From NCBI GenBank assembly GCA_000091205.1, contig AP006490.2: a DNA stretch of 64,000 bases. One strand, 5' to 3'. This DNA comes from Cyanidioschyzon merolae (Eukaryota). This document shows positions 45,627 to 56,092 of this stretch, piece by piece; positions within the stretch are counted from its first letter, which is position 1, and every line of letters starts with the position of its first letter. Below the pieces are notes generated by a model. The model was not told where the DNA came from, ran no database searches, and saw only the letters and a list, made by a program, of their open reading frames with translations. Both the position numbers and the translations under genes were made by a program.

Positions 45627-46325
45627 GATGAACATTTCATCGTTGCATGCCGCGCAGGCGATGCGGCTTCTCGCGTCCTGTGAAATTTTCTTGCTAACCT
45701 GGATTCCCGCTGAGCAGCCGACGTTATGATGGTCAAGGCTCGCAGCAAGCTTACCAGCACTGGGACTTGTAGCGCGACCAAATGCAGCACCGTACTAAAT
45801 GGCAAAACAAGAGGCACGAGCATGTTTTGGGCACAGGGGTATGAGGCCAACGCCTCGAAGCTCTCACCAAGAACAACGCGATGTGCAGCGGACGATTCCA
45901 GTGCAAGCGATCGTTAATCGCGATGTAAAGGACATCAGACACATGTCAGACTGAAATAGAAGGGGTCGCACTGTGCGAACGCTGACCTACACTGCGCGCT
46001 TTCGGATCCTCCCCATTGCCATGAACATGACGCTTTGCGGGCATCTCTTGCGCCTGCCTCGTTTCGCTCTCTACGGGCTCGGTTACTCGTTGTGGTGATC
46101 CCTCCCGTCGCTCCAGTTTCGTTGTCAGCAGTCGGTGGAGGTCACTGGGAGCGTTCCAGCCCCGATATCGCGCATTCCCGCTGTTATCGGGGCGCTCCAT
46201 CCACAGGCGGAAGCTGCGATCCCTACATCGCTTGCCACTTTGATCTTCTTTGTAGGCAGCATCGGTGCGCGCTTCGCAGCGGTGACACTCGACTGTGGTC
46301 AGGTGTCGCTGTGTGTCCATAACAC

Positions 46326-46345
46326 CCACACACACACACACACAT
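46326..46345. repeat. (CA)n dinucleotide microsatellite
   Basis: The sequence 'cacacacacacacacaca' is present here, and a second shorter (CA)n lies at 21077..21092. Confidence 0.9.
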
Positions 46346-47550
46346 CCGTCTATGAGGACCGTTCTATAGCGCATGCTCGCTTAACTCCATCGCCCGGTAC
46401 ACGCCCTTGACGGTTCCAGAAAGCTCGGGTCGATGTTTCCGCCGGATACGCGACCGGTCCTGCATCCTGCGCGCAGAGACGCTTCTTTCGTGCGACTTGC
46501 TCGGCAAGTACGCTGTCCGCCGCACACGCAAGCGCACGCTATGCCCGTTTGATAGACGATTTGTGGGGCGCACTGTTGTACCCGACGAAACGAACCCCCG
46601 GGAAGGAAACGCTACGCTCGAGAACAGGTCGGGACATCCCGATCCGTCAACGCTCCCGTCGCACAAAGCGGCGACGCAAGCTCCTCTAGAACTGGTCGCT
46701 GCGCTGCCCAAAGTCCGAGCCCAACATCCACCTCCACGCAAACCGTGACACGAGAGCAGCTCCGAGCGTACTCCCCCAGAGGTATCGTGCTGCTGGAGCG
46801 TTCCGCTCGATCGATGAACACAGAAACCCGCGAATGCATTGTCTTTCGAACGGATTCGGGAGTATGGGGCGACAAGGTCAGTGAGTTTGCGGCTCGGTCT
46901 TGTGAGCCAGTCGTCGAGGAACTAGGTCGACGTTTTTCCTGGGCATCGCAGGTGCCCGGACCGCTGCGCCCACCAGTTGCCTTGAAGCGGACAGATCGAA
47001 ACCCTGAACCGTATTTGGTATGTGCATGCGACACATCGTATAACGGAAAGGAAGCACGGACACTTCTCCAGATGACGTGGATGGTCTATCGTCGTTGTTT
47101 TGTGAAGGCTTATGCGGGGACGTCGCGAATCGACATGACGATGGTGCGGTGACGGATTCCATCTGGGAAGAGTCGACGTTGCCGCTCCGAAACGTCGATC
47201 GAGCACCCTACAACCGGATATGCATCTGCGAGCCTTTCTGACTGGCACTTGAAATGGCGACGCTGTATACGCGAAACAGGCTCCGGAAACAAGTCATCGA
47301 AAGGAAGGAACCGAGCGAGCAGTTCAGGGTTGCGTTTCAGTCTGACGCCTTCCCAGATCCTGTTTGTGTGGACACGAACGATTACGAAACATGAACGCAT
47401 GCTCCATAGAAATGTTGTTGCATTTCCGTTTCTTTCCAGTCAAAAGAGCACATGTAAACGCGACTGATTGACAGAGCGTCTTTAAAATATGCGGATACAA
47501 AACCAACGTAACCTGGTCGAGAGCGCCGCGCTCTGCAGCCTGACACCCGC

Positions 47551-50500
47551 CTAGGCGCTGACGCGTGGGCCGTGCCCGGCACTACTAGCCGCCGAAGGCG
47601 TATGCTCGGGGTCTGCCGCTGAGGATGTGGCCAATTCTACATCCGACCGCATGTCTACGAGTCGCTCGTTGTTCTCCAGCAGCTGCGTGAGTTTCTCGGC
47701 CCACGCGATGCTGAGGCGTTGGAGCCGCGTCATATGCCGATGATGCACCGCAAGTACCCCGGTGGGTTGATCCCAACGGGCCGACAGCTCGCCCTGAACG
47801 ATCATCTTGCTCAGAATCGCATGAATGCGTCGAGGTTCCAATTCAAAGTGCTCGGCCAATTCTGTCTCTAGGGCAAACGTGTCACAGTATGGGGCATAGG
47901 CTAGTACGAACGCCTTGAGCGCAGCCTCCTTCAGCTGGGGCTGCAAACGACTCAAGCACGATGCATGACGGCCAGTCGGGGGCCCTTCGGTCTCAGCGGA
48001 TGACGCCGCCTGTGTTGCTTGTCCAGCCGCACTTTCCTGACTGGAAGCCGAATCACTCAGGCCAGGTTCAAGCTGGGCCCATACCTTGGCGCTCGCGAGC
48101 ACTTCATAGGCAGCACGCCAGTCACCCTGCAGCAGATGCTTGCTCGCCACTACAATGTGATCGCGGGTGTTCTCAGGTGGCCCCGATATCTGACCTCGGA
48201 GTGAGCCACGCATGAAATGCTGCCAAGCCCGCGAAACGCTTACTTGTCGCGCTTGTTGCTGTAGACTACTCAGTCCACTAGCTTGCGGCAGATTCTGATT
48301 CCACCCACTGGTGAACAATTCACCATGGGCTGAAGCATCGATCCGAGCGAGCCAGTCCGCGTTGCGAGCGGATACCGCAGCCATCAGTGGCACCTCGAGG
48401 AGCATCGCCGATGTCAAGTGAACAGCTTCAAGGAGTTCAGTCGAGATCTGCATGTGGAAAGGGACTTGTCGGCGTCGATCCGCGTCAGAGGCGTTACTGT
48501 TGACTGTCCCTGGTCCAGCTGGACGCGTCGGGGGTGCATGCTGAGCGAGCAGTTCTCGGATCCTCGACATGGATGTGGAGGCAGTTCCAGTACGCGGATC
48601 AAAGAACTGCGGAGGTGAACAGAGATCAGCGAGACAGGCATGGGTTTCGCCAATGAGACCACAGCGGAATGCACAAAGACCGAGCTGGGCCAGCGCCCTG
48701 TTGTACATGATCTGCAAGCCAATATCCTGCTGCTGAATGCTCTCCTGCAGATGCGTCATCAAGAAAAGGTCTCGGGCCCGAAAGAATTGATTCTCGATGG
48801 CGAGGTGGTACACATGCGCGAGCATTGTTTCCGCCTTGGCTCGTTCGTCGCCGTGGCGGTACACGAGGACCGTCAACTCCGTGAAAAGCGTTTCCAGGTC
48901 AGACCCTTCCGCTTCCTCAGCAGCTGGTTCCGTTGCACTCTTCAAGAGACGCATGCGCTGGTACATAGCGCTTGTCTGATAGTAAAGGTGCAGAATGCGA
49001 CGAGCTGCGACGCGCGCCGCTTGGCACGCATCCCCCACCTGTTCTTCATAGTAGTGCTGAACTCGTCGTGCGAAATCAAGCCAGCGAGGTTCGTCTCGCA
49101 GCCGTTCCACGTATTCTGTGGAGTGCGGATTCGATGCTTGGAAAGCACGGGTCAGTTCATCGTCCAAACGTTCGACAAGAGCCGCAAAATCCACCATCAC
49201 GTATTCGAGGGTTTCGGCTTCGGTCGACCCCAGAGCGCCGGATGCTGCTCCCAAGTCGCGGATCGCCGAGCGCACAACTTTGGGGTGTGACTTTGCGATC
49301 TGCAGTAACCTTTCCGCCGTGTTTGCAGCAGCCTGGTACATATCCCGGGGCATGACGCCGAGGGTATGCCCAAGATCGAACTGGGCGGCGATCATATGTA
49401 GCAGAACGCGCACGAGCTGTGCTGGCGTCTTTGCGGCCCGGGAAAGCCACTCCATTTGCCGTACTTGTTCGCGGCGATCCGTTCCTTTGCGTCCGCGAGC
49501 AGCAACAAGTTGTACGATGCGCTCTTCCACCTGCTCGGCGGTTAGATCCTCGGGTTTCTCCTCACGAGCCGGCGATGCGTATTTCCTGATGAATCCATCG
49601 GCGTCCTCGTCGGCACGGCTCTTGCGTCTCACCGCACGGGCGCGTCGCTCCTGTCGCCCGCGACGTCCCGATACGGAGGAATCGTCAGAACTTTCATCAC
49701 TTCTCGATAATGAAAGCGACGAGGATGATGAGGAGGAGGCGGATGACTCGCGTCGGAGCCAGCGAGCCGCTCTCGCACCGCGCACAGCCTCTGCAGGTTC
49801 CTCTGCTGCTAGGCTCTCTGACGATTCCTCACTTGAGCTTTCGTCCTCATCGGAGCTCGAAGTAGCCCAGGAAGACGATGCATCGGATTTGCTTTCGCTG
49901 TCGGTGTCACTGGCGGTGCCGGCCGACGACGATGAAGCTTCCGACGTACCGCGGGCAGTGCCAGCTGGACGCGATCCAACGAAGCTTGCTTTTCCCGATC
50001 TACGTTTGCGATCGAGAACTTCAGGTTCCAAGGTCTCGAGTTCGGGCGTTTCTGACTCGCCGGATGAGCTCGCACCCGCTTCACTCGATTCCCAGGGATC
50101 CGCGCCACTGGCTCTGTACTCGTTGATTGCTTCTTCGTACTCTCGGTTATTTTTGCGAAGGCGCTGCCGAGTCGTGTTCAGTGCCTTGGTATTCGTTTTG
50201 CTTAATTTCGGTTTCTCTGCGAGCGTTTTTGCGATCTCGTCCTCCAAAAGTACTAGCGCTTTCACATAGGGACGCGGCACAGGCGGACGCCCGCCTCTGG
50301 CAACGTCCGTGGACAGTGCCCGCTCCAAGCGTCGGTTTAGCTCGTCAAAATCTTGCTGCACGCTGGTCCAGTCGTTAATTTTGAGGTGATTTCGCAACTG
50401 CCGAAGCGAGTGCACAAGCGCCTCATACTTTTTCGTCTCCTTGGACTTTACGACTCGTCTTCCATCGCTGTCGGAGTCTGATTCGTCCTCATCCATGAGA

Positions 50501-50679
50501 AACCGGGCCCTGCTGAACCCTCCTCCCACGGTGGAACTCACTGCGCCGGTGGCACCTGTGACGCGAGCTGGCCCGGATCCGGCGCGCGGCACGACGTCCA
50601 CCGCATCGGAGAGCTCCCCCGAAGACGAGGAGGACTCCTCTTCGGAAGTGTCGCCGGTTGCAAAGAAGCGTGAAGTCAT
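47551..50679 (-). CDS. EIF3C: Eukaryotic translation initiation factor 3 subunit C (eIF3c/NIP1), 1042 aa
   Basis: The N-terminus 'MTSRFFATGDTSEEESSSSSGEL' matches eIF3c. Further eIF3c segments are 'RGRKGTDRREQVRQMEWL', 'TEYVERLRDEPRWLDFARRVQHYYEE' and 'RRRQVPFHMQISTELLEAVHLTSAMLLEVPLMAA'. The PCI region 'IHAILSKMIVQGELSARWDQPTGVLAVHH' also matches. Confidence 0.93.
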   Translation of the reverse strand: MTSRFFATGDTSEEESSSSSGELSDAVDVVPRAGSGPARVTGATGAVSSTVGGGFSRARFLMDEDESDSDSDGRRVVKSKETKKYEALVHSLRQLRNHLKINDWTSVQQDFDELNRRLERALSTDVARGGRPPVPRPYVKALVLLEDEIAKTLAEKPKLSKTNTKALNTTRQRLRKNNREYEEAINEYRASGADPWESSEAGASSSGESETPELETLEPEVLDRKRRSGKASFVGSRPAGTARGTSEASSSSAGTASDTDSESKSDASSSWATSSSDEDESSSEESSESLAAEEPAEAVRGARAARWLRRESSASSSSSSSLSLSRSDESSDDSSVSGRRGRQERRARAVRRKSRADEDADGFIRKYASPAREEKPEDLTAEQVEERIVQLVAARGRKGTDRREQVRQMEWLSRAAKTPAQLVRVLLHMIAAQFDLGHTLGVMPRDMYQAAANTAERLLQIAKSHPKVVRSAIRDLGAASGALGSTEAETLEYVMVDFAALVERLDDELTRAFQASNPHSTEYVERLRDEPRWLDFARRVQHYYEEQVGDACQAARVAARRILHLYYQTSAMYQRMRLLKSATEPAAEEAEGSDLETLFTELTVLVYRHGDERAKAETMLAHVYHLAIENQFFRARDLFLMTHLQESIQQQDIGLQIMYNRALAQLGLCAFRCGLIGETHACLADLCSPPQFFDPRTGTASTSMSRIRELLAQHAPPTRPAGPGTVNSNASDADRRRQVPFHMQISTELLEAVHLTSAMLLEVPLMAAVSARNADWLARIDASAHGELFTSGWNQNLPQASGLSSLQQQARQVSVSRAWQHFMRGSLRGQISGPPENTRDHIVVASKHLLQGDWRAAYEVLASAKVWAQLEPGLSDSASSQESAAGQATQAASSAETEGPPTGRHASCLSRLQPQLKEAALKAFVLAYAPYCDTFALETELAEHFELEPRRIHAILSKMIVQGELSARWDQPTGVLAVHHRHMTRLQRLSIAWAEKLTQLLENNERLVDMRSDVELATSSAADPEHTPSAASSAGHGPRVSA

Positions 50680-51664
50680 ACTACTTGTCTAGTTGTTTCA
50701 AGTTGAACCAGAAGCTCAACAAGTCGGCCCGAACGTTCGCCTCGTGCCCGCGTGATCGAGACTCGCTTGAACCAAGGGTACTGAAGTTTTCAGGAAACGT
50801 GCTTAACAGCGGCCCCGCTTCAACCCTTCCGAGGCGCTGGAAGAGCGGCGGCCGCGCCAGGCTTCGCAGAAAAGCTGTACACAAACGGACATTCTTTGAA
50901 GCAACGCGTGCGCGCGCTCCACCGGCTACCACATCCTTTATGGAAACACGGAATGATCTTGGCAGTCTCTACGGTACGTTTACGGCATCAGATCGATGCA
51001 TCGATTTGTATGCTCGCTGAACCTGCGTGTCCTAGCAGACCTGAGAAGAGAAATCAGTGCCTCCACAGACGTCGGTGCGAATTACAAACTCCAAAGTTTT
51101 ATTTCTGTGAAGAATACTAGCCAGATTCCAGCTGCCTCTCTGGTACCGAGCACGTCAGGAACCGCACAATGCGACGCTGGATATGCGCCGCAGTCGCGCT
51201 TTCCCCGCAGAAACAAAACGATTATGCGGCGCCTTTGCGGGTGTCTGTTCAGGGCGTTGCCAACCCGAGCCACGGCCTGTCCAGTCCTCGGGCCGGGCTC
51301 TCTCAATCTGCGGAAGCAGACCGATTACCAGCGACGCGGAAAGAAGCAATGACAGGAACTCGGTCGCTAGAGCGTAGGCTGGGCGTCGAGCGCCCCTTTG
51401 GCGTCGTGGATTGGCTGCCCGGACCTCGCGGCAGTGCCAATCACCGAGAAGGCGCTCCGAGCCCTGGCGCGGCAGACACAAAAAGACCGGTCCGCAGCGC
51501 ATTCGACCGAAACACTAAGATATCGCAATCGTGAGTGTCTGCAGCCCAACACAGGGCGGTCGGCGAGTCAAGCCTCGATCCCCTCGGATAACCCTGATCT
51601 GAGGCCTGGCCTGCAGACCACGGAGACGCCCATGCCTATCGCGATGCAGCATATCCGATCATCG

Positions 51665-51960
51665 GACACGTTCGCGCGTACCGAAGGCAGCGTTGATCCG
51701 TAGATCCAATGCTGTCCCAAACTGTCTAGATACGTTCTTGAAATCGCATCATCGTCCGCATTCTGCGTTCCGAAGGCAGCATCGATCCGTAGATCCAATG
51801 CCATCCCATAATGTCTAGATACGTCCCTGAAATCGCCATCACCAGTGGCATTCGTGCGTTCCATAGGCAGCGTTGATCCGTAGATCCAATGCTGTCGCAA
51901 AATGTTCAGACGCGTCCCTGAAATCGCCATCTCCAGCGGCATTCGCGCATCCGCATCATA
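51665..51960. repeat. Tandem repeat with a roughly 90-bp unit, 3 copies, about 80% identity
   Basis: The motif 'gttgatccgtagatccaatgc.gtc.caaa.tgt..aga..cgt.c.tgaaatcgc' recurs at positions 51695, 51784 and 51875, in the divergent intergenic region between eIF3c and the B-box gene. Confidence 0.85.
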
Positions 51961-52321
51961 GCCCAGGCGCCGTTGCACACACGCGCGCAACGCATCGTGC
52001 TGCGCAACCCTCCGGTGTGTGCATCACAGATCGGGGGGCACGCAGGAAGCGCGGGCGTCACATGTGACATCGAGGATGCGCGCTGGCTGCAGCTCCGTCT
52101 CGACGGCGGTGCCAGTGATCGCGGGCGTTCACTGCACCTGGACGCCGGTGTGCGGCGCGCGCGCCTCGCCAGCGCCGAAATGCGCCGTTCATAAAAATAT
52201 CTTCTAGGTCATTTCCAAGGCTTGTGTAGACTGGTGAGAAGCGCAGACTCTCGTCGACGCCGGAGGGTTCTGCCGTGACGTTTTGTTTGTATCTTGAGGA
52301 AGTATTTGCCAGGCACTGTAG

Positions 52322-55300
52322 ATGCCGAAGCTCCACCGTGTTCGAGCGGCTTGCGCTCTATGCAAGGAGAAGGAGGCGGTGGTCTACTGTTGCAGCCACG
52401 GCTGTGCGCTCTGTCTCACCTGCGATCGGAAGGAGCATAAAAGCGCTGTTGACTTTGGGACAAGACAGTTCAACACAAGGCGTAATGTGAGCGCAATGGA
52501 GGCAGTGGACTCCAATAAAGAAGGCTCGCGAGGAAAAATTACTGAGAAACTGCTTCGAGAAGGGCCGCCTTCTGCTTCGCAACTGGAACAGGCGAGTCGA
52601 CGTGCTGAGCGTCGAGCAGGAGCGTGTGCGCAGAAGCAACTGCAGTCCGATGTTGAAGTCGCGGCTCAGGTTGGGGCAACGGCTGAGAACAATTCAGGTT
52701 TACCGGGCGTGACGCGGGACTGCGTGGATGCTGCTTCCGTCGCGAAACGGTACCTAACCGACGGCCCGCAGGTGCACAGCGCACTGGAGAATAGCGGCCT
52801 GGATACTTGTCGCGCCGACGCGAGACCTGTGTTTCCTGTTATTGTGCCAGCTATCGGGGTCTCGGCTCTGACACAGCGGCCTTCGGAGAGCGTGCCAGAG
52901 CCTCAAGCAACGGAAACGAAGAACTGCGCTTTAGCCGAGAATCCGCTGTTTTTCAAGCCTGACTCGGAGCTGCCCTCTGGGGACTCACACTGGGCGAACC
53001 AGATTTATATTTCTAGTTCAGGATCGTCGAGTGTATCTGGTTCAGGTGAAACAGCAGAAAAGATCAGTGACTTTCGCGAGGGCGCGCCCTCGCTGGAGAC
53101 ACCACCTAACGAAGGACAATCCAGCTCTCAGTCGTCTACATTCAGGGACGGCCCCGGCCGGACGACAAGCTCATCGGATTTGCAAACTGCTGGTGTACTT
53201 CCATGTGCATCCGCAGATGTGCAAGCTCATGTGCGGCATCCGATTGTAGCGCCCGCTGTACTCATTCTTTGCGATTCCTGTGGCGCCATGCCGGCCGTCG
53301 CGTACTGCACAGAAAGGGCGCGTTTTCACTGTGAGCTTTGTATGAAATACGCACACGCATCGGGCTCTGCACCGGATGCACCACAGGAACTGCCTATGGC
53401 GTGGCAAGTGCAGTGCATGAAAAGTGGGAAAGCCGCCGATGCAGACATGAAGGGCGCCCACCGGCACGAGCAAGACCCATACGCCTCAAGTCGGAGTCGA
53501 TGCGGGGATTCTGGGGACAGCGGCAGTGCCGAGCGTGAACCCACAAGTGAATCACCCAGCGGCGGTGATCAGGGAACCTCTCATTCCGGCAATGGCGGCA
53601 GTAGAGAGCCGACATCATCGTCCCCGGCAGAGACGGCCGCTACGACGAAGCCACAGAATCTAGAGGGTCCAAGTACTACGGCAAAGAGTGCTCATTCGCA
53701 GCGAAAAACATATTCCGATCGAGGGCTCTCGCGATCTGTCGCTATGATGATGCTTTTGGATTGCTCTGTCGAGGTCCCGTCCCGCGGCTCCGAAGAGCTG
53801 TCTGCAGAGGGCGGCGATGATGCCTCAGCTGAAAGCATCAGTGAACAAACAGACGCCGAGAGCATGAGTCTCGGACACGAAAGCGCGCGATCCGGGGAAT
53901 TTCGCGCAGACCCCTGTACAGAGCCGACGCTCACCTCAACTGGTTTGCCCATCAAATGGGCAACCGCCATTTCCGAGGAGGATCTTGCTGCAGCCGCTGA
54001 GCGAGCCGTTCGCGTATTCGCCGCCTCGTCGAATAGCAACGGCACCCGAAGCACGAGCAGTAGACACGCAAGCAGCAATGACTTGTCTTCTGCAATCGTG
54101 CCCGGGACAGGTACCCATGATGTTGCCACAGCAGCTCCAGCGGTGCAATCTGAAGCAGCAGCAGAGGCGGCTCCGGCGCAGGTAACCGGTTTCGAACAGC
54201 CGCCTTTACCTGCCTGCTGCATCGATATAACGACCACCGATGCACGAAGAGCAATCTCTATCGCAAAGAATGAACCATTCATCATTGGACAGCGCTCGCG
54301 ACCGGCGTATGCGCCTTCGTCGCCTCTTGGACAGCAACCGACATCGCAGTCTACAGGGCGCCGAGGTGGTACCCATCAGCGCAGAACAGCGGATGCAAGT
54401 GAAGGTGCCAAGCGTGCGCTACCGCTCAAACATCAGGCAAACACAACTGCGAGCCGCTGGCGAAAAGGACGCGCCACCGGAAAGAACGTGGATATGCGCC
54501 CCGACGCCAATCATCCCGAAGAGGAACCGCTGGCACCACATTTAACTGGGTTGGATGTCTGGGGACCTCATCCGGAGACGATGGCGATCATCGACAGCAG
54601 CACGCTCGCTCAAGCTGAGACGGCCAGGGGGTTGCGCTCCAAGACAGGGGCGCCAAGGAGCGCGGAGCAAATGCGCGGCACCGCTCTCAAGGTCGAAGGC
54701 GCTGCCATCTGTGCGTCGAGCGCACGAGCCGCATGCTCAGCTGAAGGCCAGGCAGTGTCCGCACCGAGGATGCGTACCTCAGCGCGAGCTTTGGAATCCT
54801 CGACCAGAGTGGATAGTACGCCCCTGGTGCCTTGGCGTGATCTAGAGGTGCAGCAGGCACCGTCTCTCTCGAAACCGCAGGTCCCGGCTTACGTTGCGGC
54901 GTGGTCTGCCTCCCCGAGTCAGCCGAGTTTGGCGGACTTTGTGGAAGCACCTCTTGAATGCAGAAGAAGTATCTCAAAAGCGGCATCAGCGCAGGAGTTG
55001 CGAACGGCATCCGGTCGAGTACCCGATAGCCGGCATCGCTCTTCACGGGAAACCGCCCCGGGCCTAGCAACGCGAACTTCACGGGAAAGCGCTTCGCATC
55101 CTGCGAGTGCACAGACTGCACATCTCGTGGAAGAAGGAGCCACGAGCCGCGGTTGTCCGGCGGGTTTGGTTCATCTCGACGCTGGACCAAGAGGCGGGCA
55201 TGGTGTTGCCTCCATTGCAGTGGGGACGATCGACGGGAACCCAGCCAAACTCCGTGGCTTTGACGATGGCACCCCAGCAGCACGTCTGAGCCCACGTTCC

Positions 55301-56092
55301 GGGACACCGGTTGAAGGCTCGTTCAAGATGGCATCTGGTGCGGGTATTCCAGGTAGCGGATCCTCGCAGCAGGCCCGTTATCCGACCGTGTCGGGTTTGT
55401 CGCGTCGACGGGCAGAGTCAGCGCGCGCGAAAGTGGATCGCTGGCTGCTTGGCGCTACCCAGCCAGCGGGTGTGCGGCGCTGCGAGTCACCCTTTCGACA
55501 GCCACAGGCATCGTATCGCGAAGTGGATGTCTTGGATCGGGCAGCAGCTGGACCTGGAGTCATCGCGCAGCCGCAAGCGGATCAGGGCAACGAGGACACG
55601 CTCATGGACGACAGTGACCCGGCACTGGAAACAGGTCAACTGCGTAACCGCACTCGTGAACTCGACAAGAGCGCCGCAGCGGAGCCCGGTCAAGGCAGCG
55701 AGCTCGATTCAAAAGCCGAGGCGGATTTGGCCATGGTGGATATGCTCGTCCCAGATTTCAGCAAGTACGCGACGCCACTACCACATGGATTGATGTCACG
55801 AAGCACACCATCGAGCAGTAGTGGCAATGGTGAAACCTCCAGCACCGGTGGTGGCGATCTGGAACCGTCGCCGCTGGCTGCGAAACGCACCTTGCGTGTG
55901 GAAGTCGCGTCAGAGGAGGCTAGGCGGATGCATTCTCGGCTGCAACAACACAAGTCGTCAGGTATGCTGGTGCCACGAATGACTGCTTCCTGGTCGGCAG
56001 AAGTGAAGTCGGCGGCTCATCGACGCCACAGCCATGCGCATCTATCTTCGAAAGATGCGGAACAAAAGCATCCCGATGAAACATCAGCGTAG
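52322..56092 (+). CDS. B-box zinc-finger protein (two CONSTANS-like B-boxes), 1256 aa, largely disordered
   Basis: B-box 1 is 'CALCKEKEAVVYCCSHGCALCLTCDRKEH' (C-x2-C-x8-C-x7-C-x2-C-x4-H, the same spacing as plant BBX/CO B-boxes). B-box 2 is 'CDSCGAMPAVAYCTERARFHCELCMKYAH'. The remainder is S/A/P/T-rich low complexity. Confidence 0.7.
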   Translation: MPKLHRVRAACALCKEKEAVVYCCSHGCALCLTCDRKEHKSAVDFGTRQFNTRRNVSAMEAVDSNKEGSRGKITEKLLREGPPSASQLEQASRRAERRAGACAQKQLQSDVEVAAQVGATAENNSGLPGVTRDCVDAASVAKRYLTDGPQVHSALENSGLDTCRADARPVFPVIVPAIGVSALTQRPSESVPEPQATETKNCALAENPLFFKPDSELPSGDSHWANQIYISSSGSSSVSGSGETAEKISDFREGAPSLETPPNEGQSSSQSSTFRDGPGRTTSSSDLQTAGVLPCASADVQAHVRHPIVAPAVLILCDSCGAMPAVAYCTERARFHCELCMKYAHASGSAPDAPQELPMAWQVQCMKSGKAADADMKGAHRHEQDPYASSRSRCGDSGDSGSAEREPTSESPSGGDQGTSHSGNGGSREPTSSSPAETAATTKPQNLEGPSTTAKSAHSQRKTYSDRGLSRSVAMMMLLDCSVEVPSRGSEELSAEGGDDASAESISEQTDAESMSLGHESARSGEFRADPCTEPTLTSTGLPIKWATAISEEDLAAAAERAVRVFAASSNSNGTRSTSSRHASSNDLSSAIVPGTGTHDVATAAPAVQSEAAAEAAPAQVTGFEQPPLPACCIDITTTDARRAISIAKNEPFIIGQRSRPAYAPSSPLGQQPTSQSTGRRGGTHQRRTADASEGAKRALPLKHQANTTASRWRKGRATGKNVDMRPDANHPEEEPLAPHLTGLDVWGPHPETMAIIDSSTLAQAETARGLRSKTGAPRSAEQMRGTALKVEGAAICASSARAACSAEGQAVSAPRMRTSARALESSTRVDSTPLVPWRDLEVQQAPSLSKPQVPAYVAAWSASPSQPSLADFVEAPLECRRSISKAASAQELRTASGRVPDSRHRSSRETAPGLATRTSRESASHPASAQTAHLVEEGATSRGCPAGLVHLDAGPRGGHGVASIAVGTIDGNPAKLRGFDDGTPAARLSPRSGTPVEGSFKMASGAGIPGSGSSQQARYPTVSGLSRRRAESARAKVDRWLLGATQPAGVRRCESPFRQPQASYREVDVLDRAAAGPGVIAQPQADQGNEDTLMDDSDPALETGQLRNRTRELDKSAAAEPGQGSELDSKAEADLAMVDMLVPDFSKYATPLPHGLMSRSTPSSSSGNGETSSTGGGDLEPSPLAAKRTLRVEVASEEARRMHSRLQQHKSSGMLVPRMTASWSAEVKSAAHRRHSHAHLSSKDAEQKHPDETSA

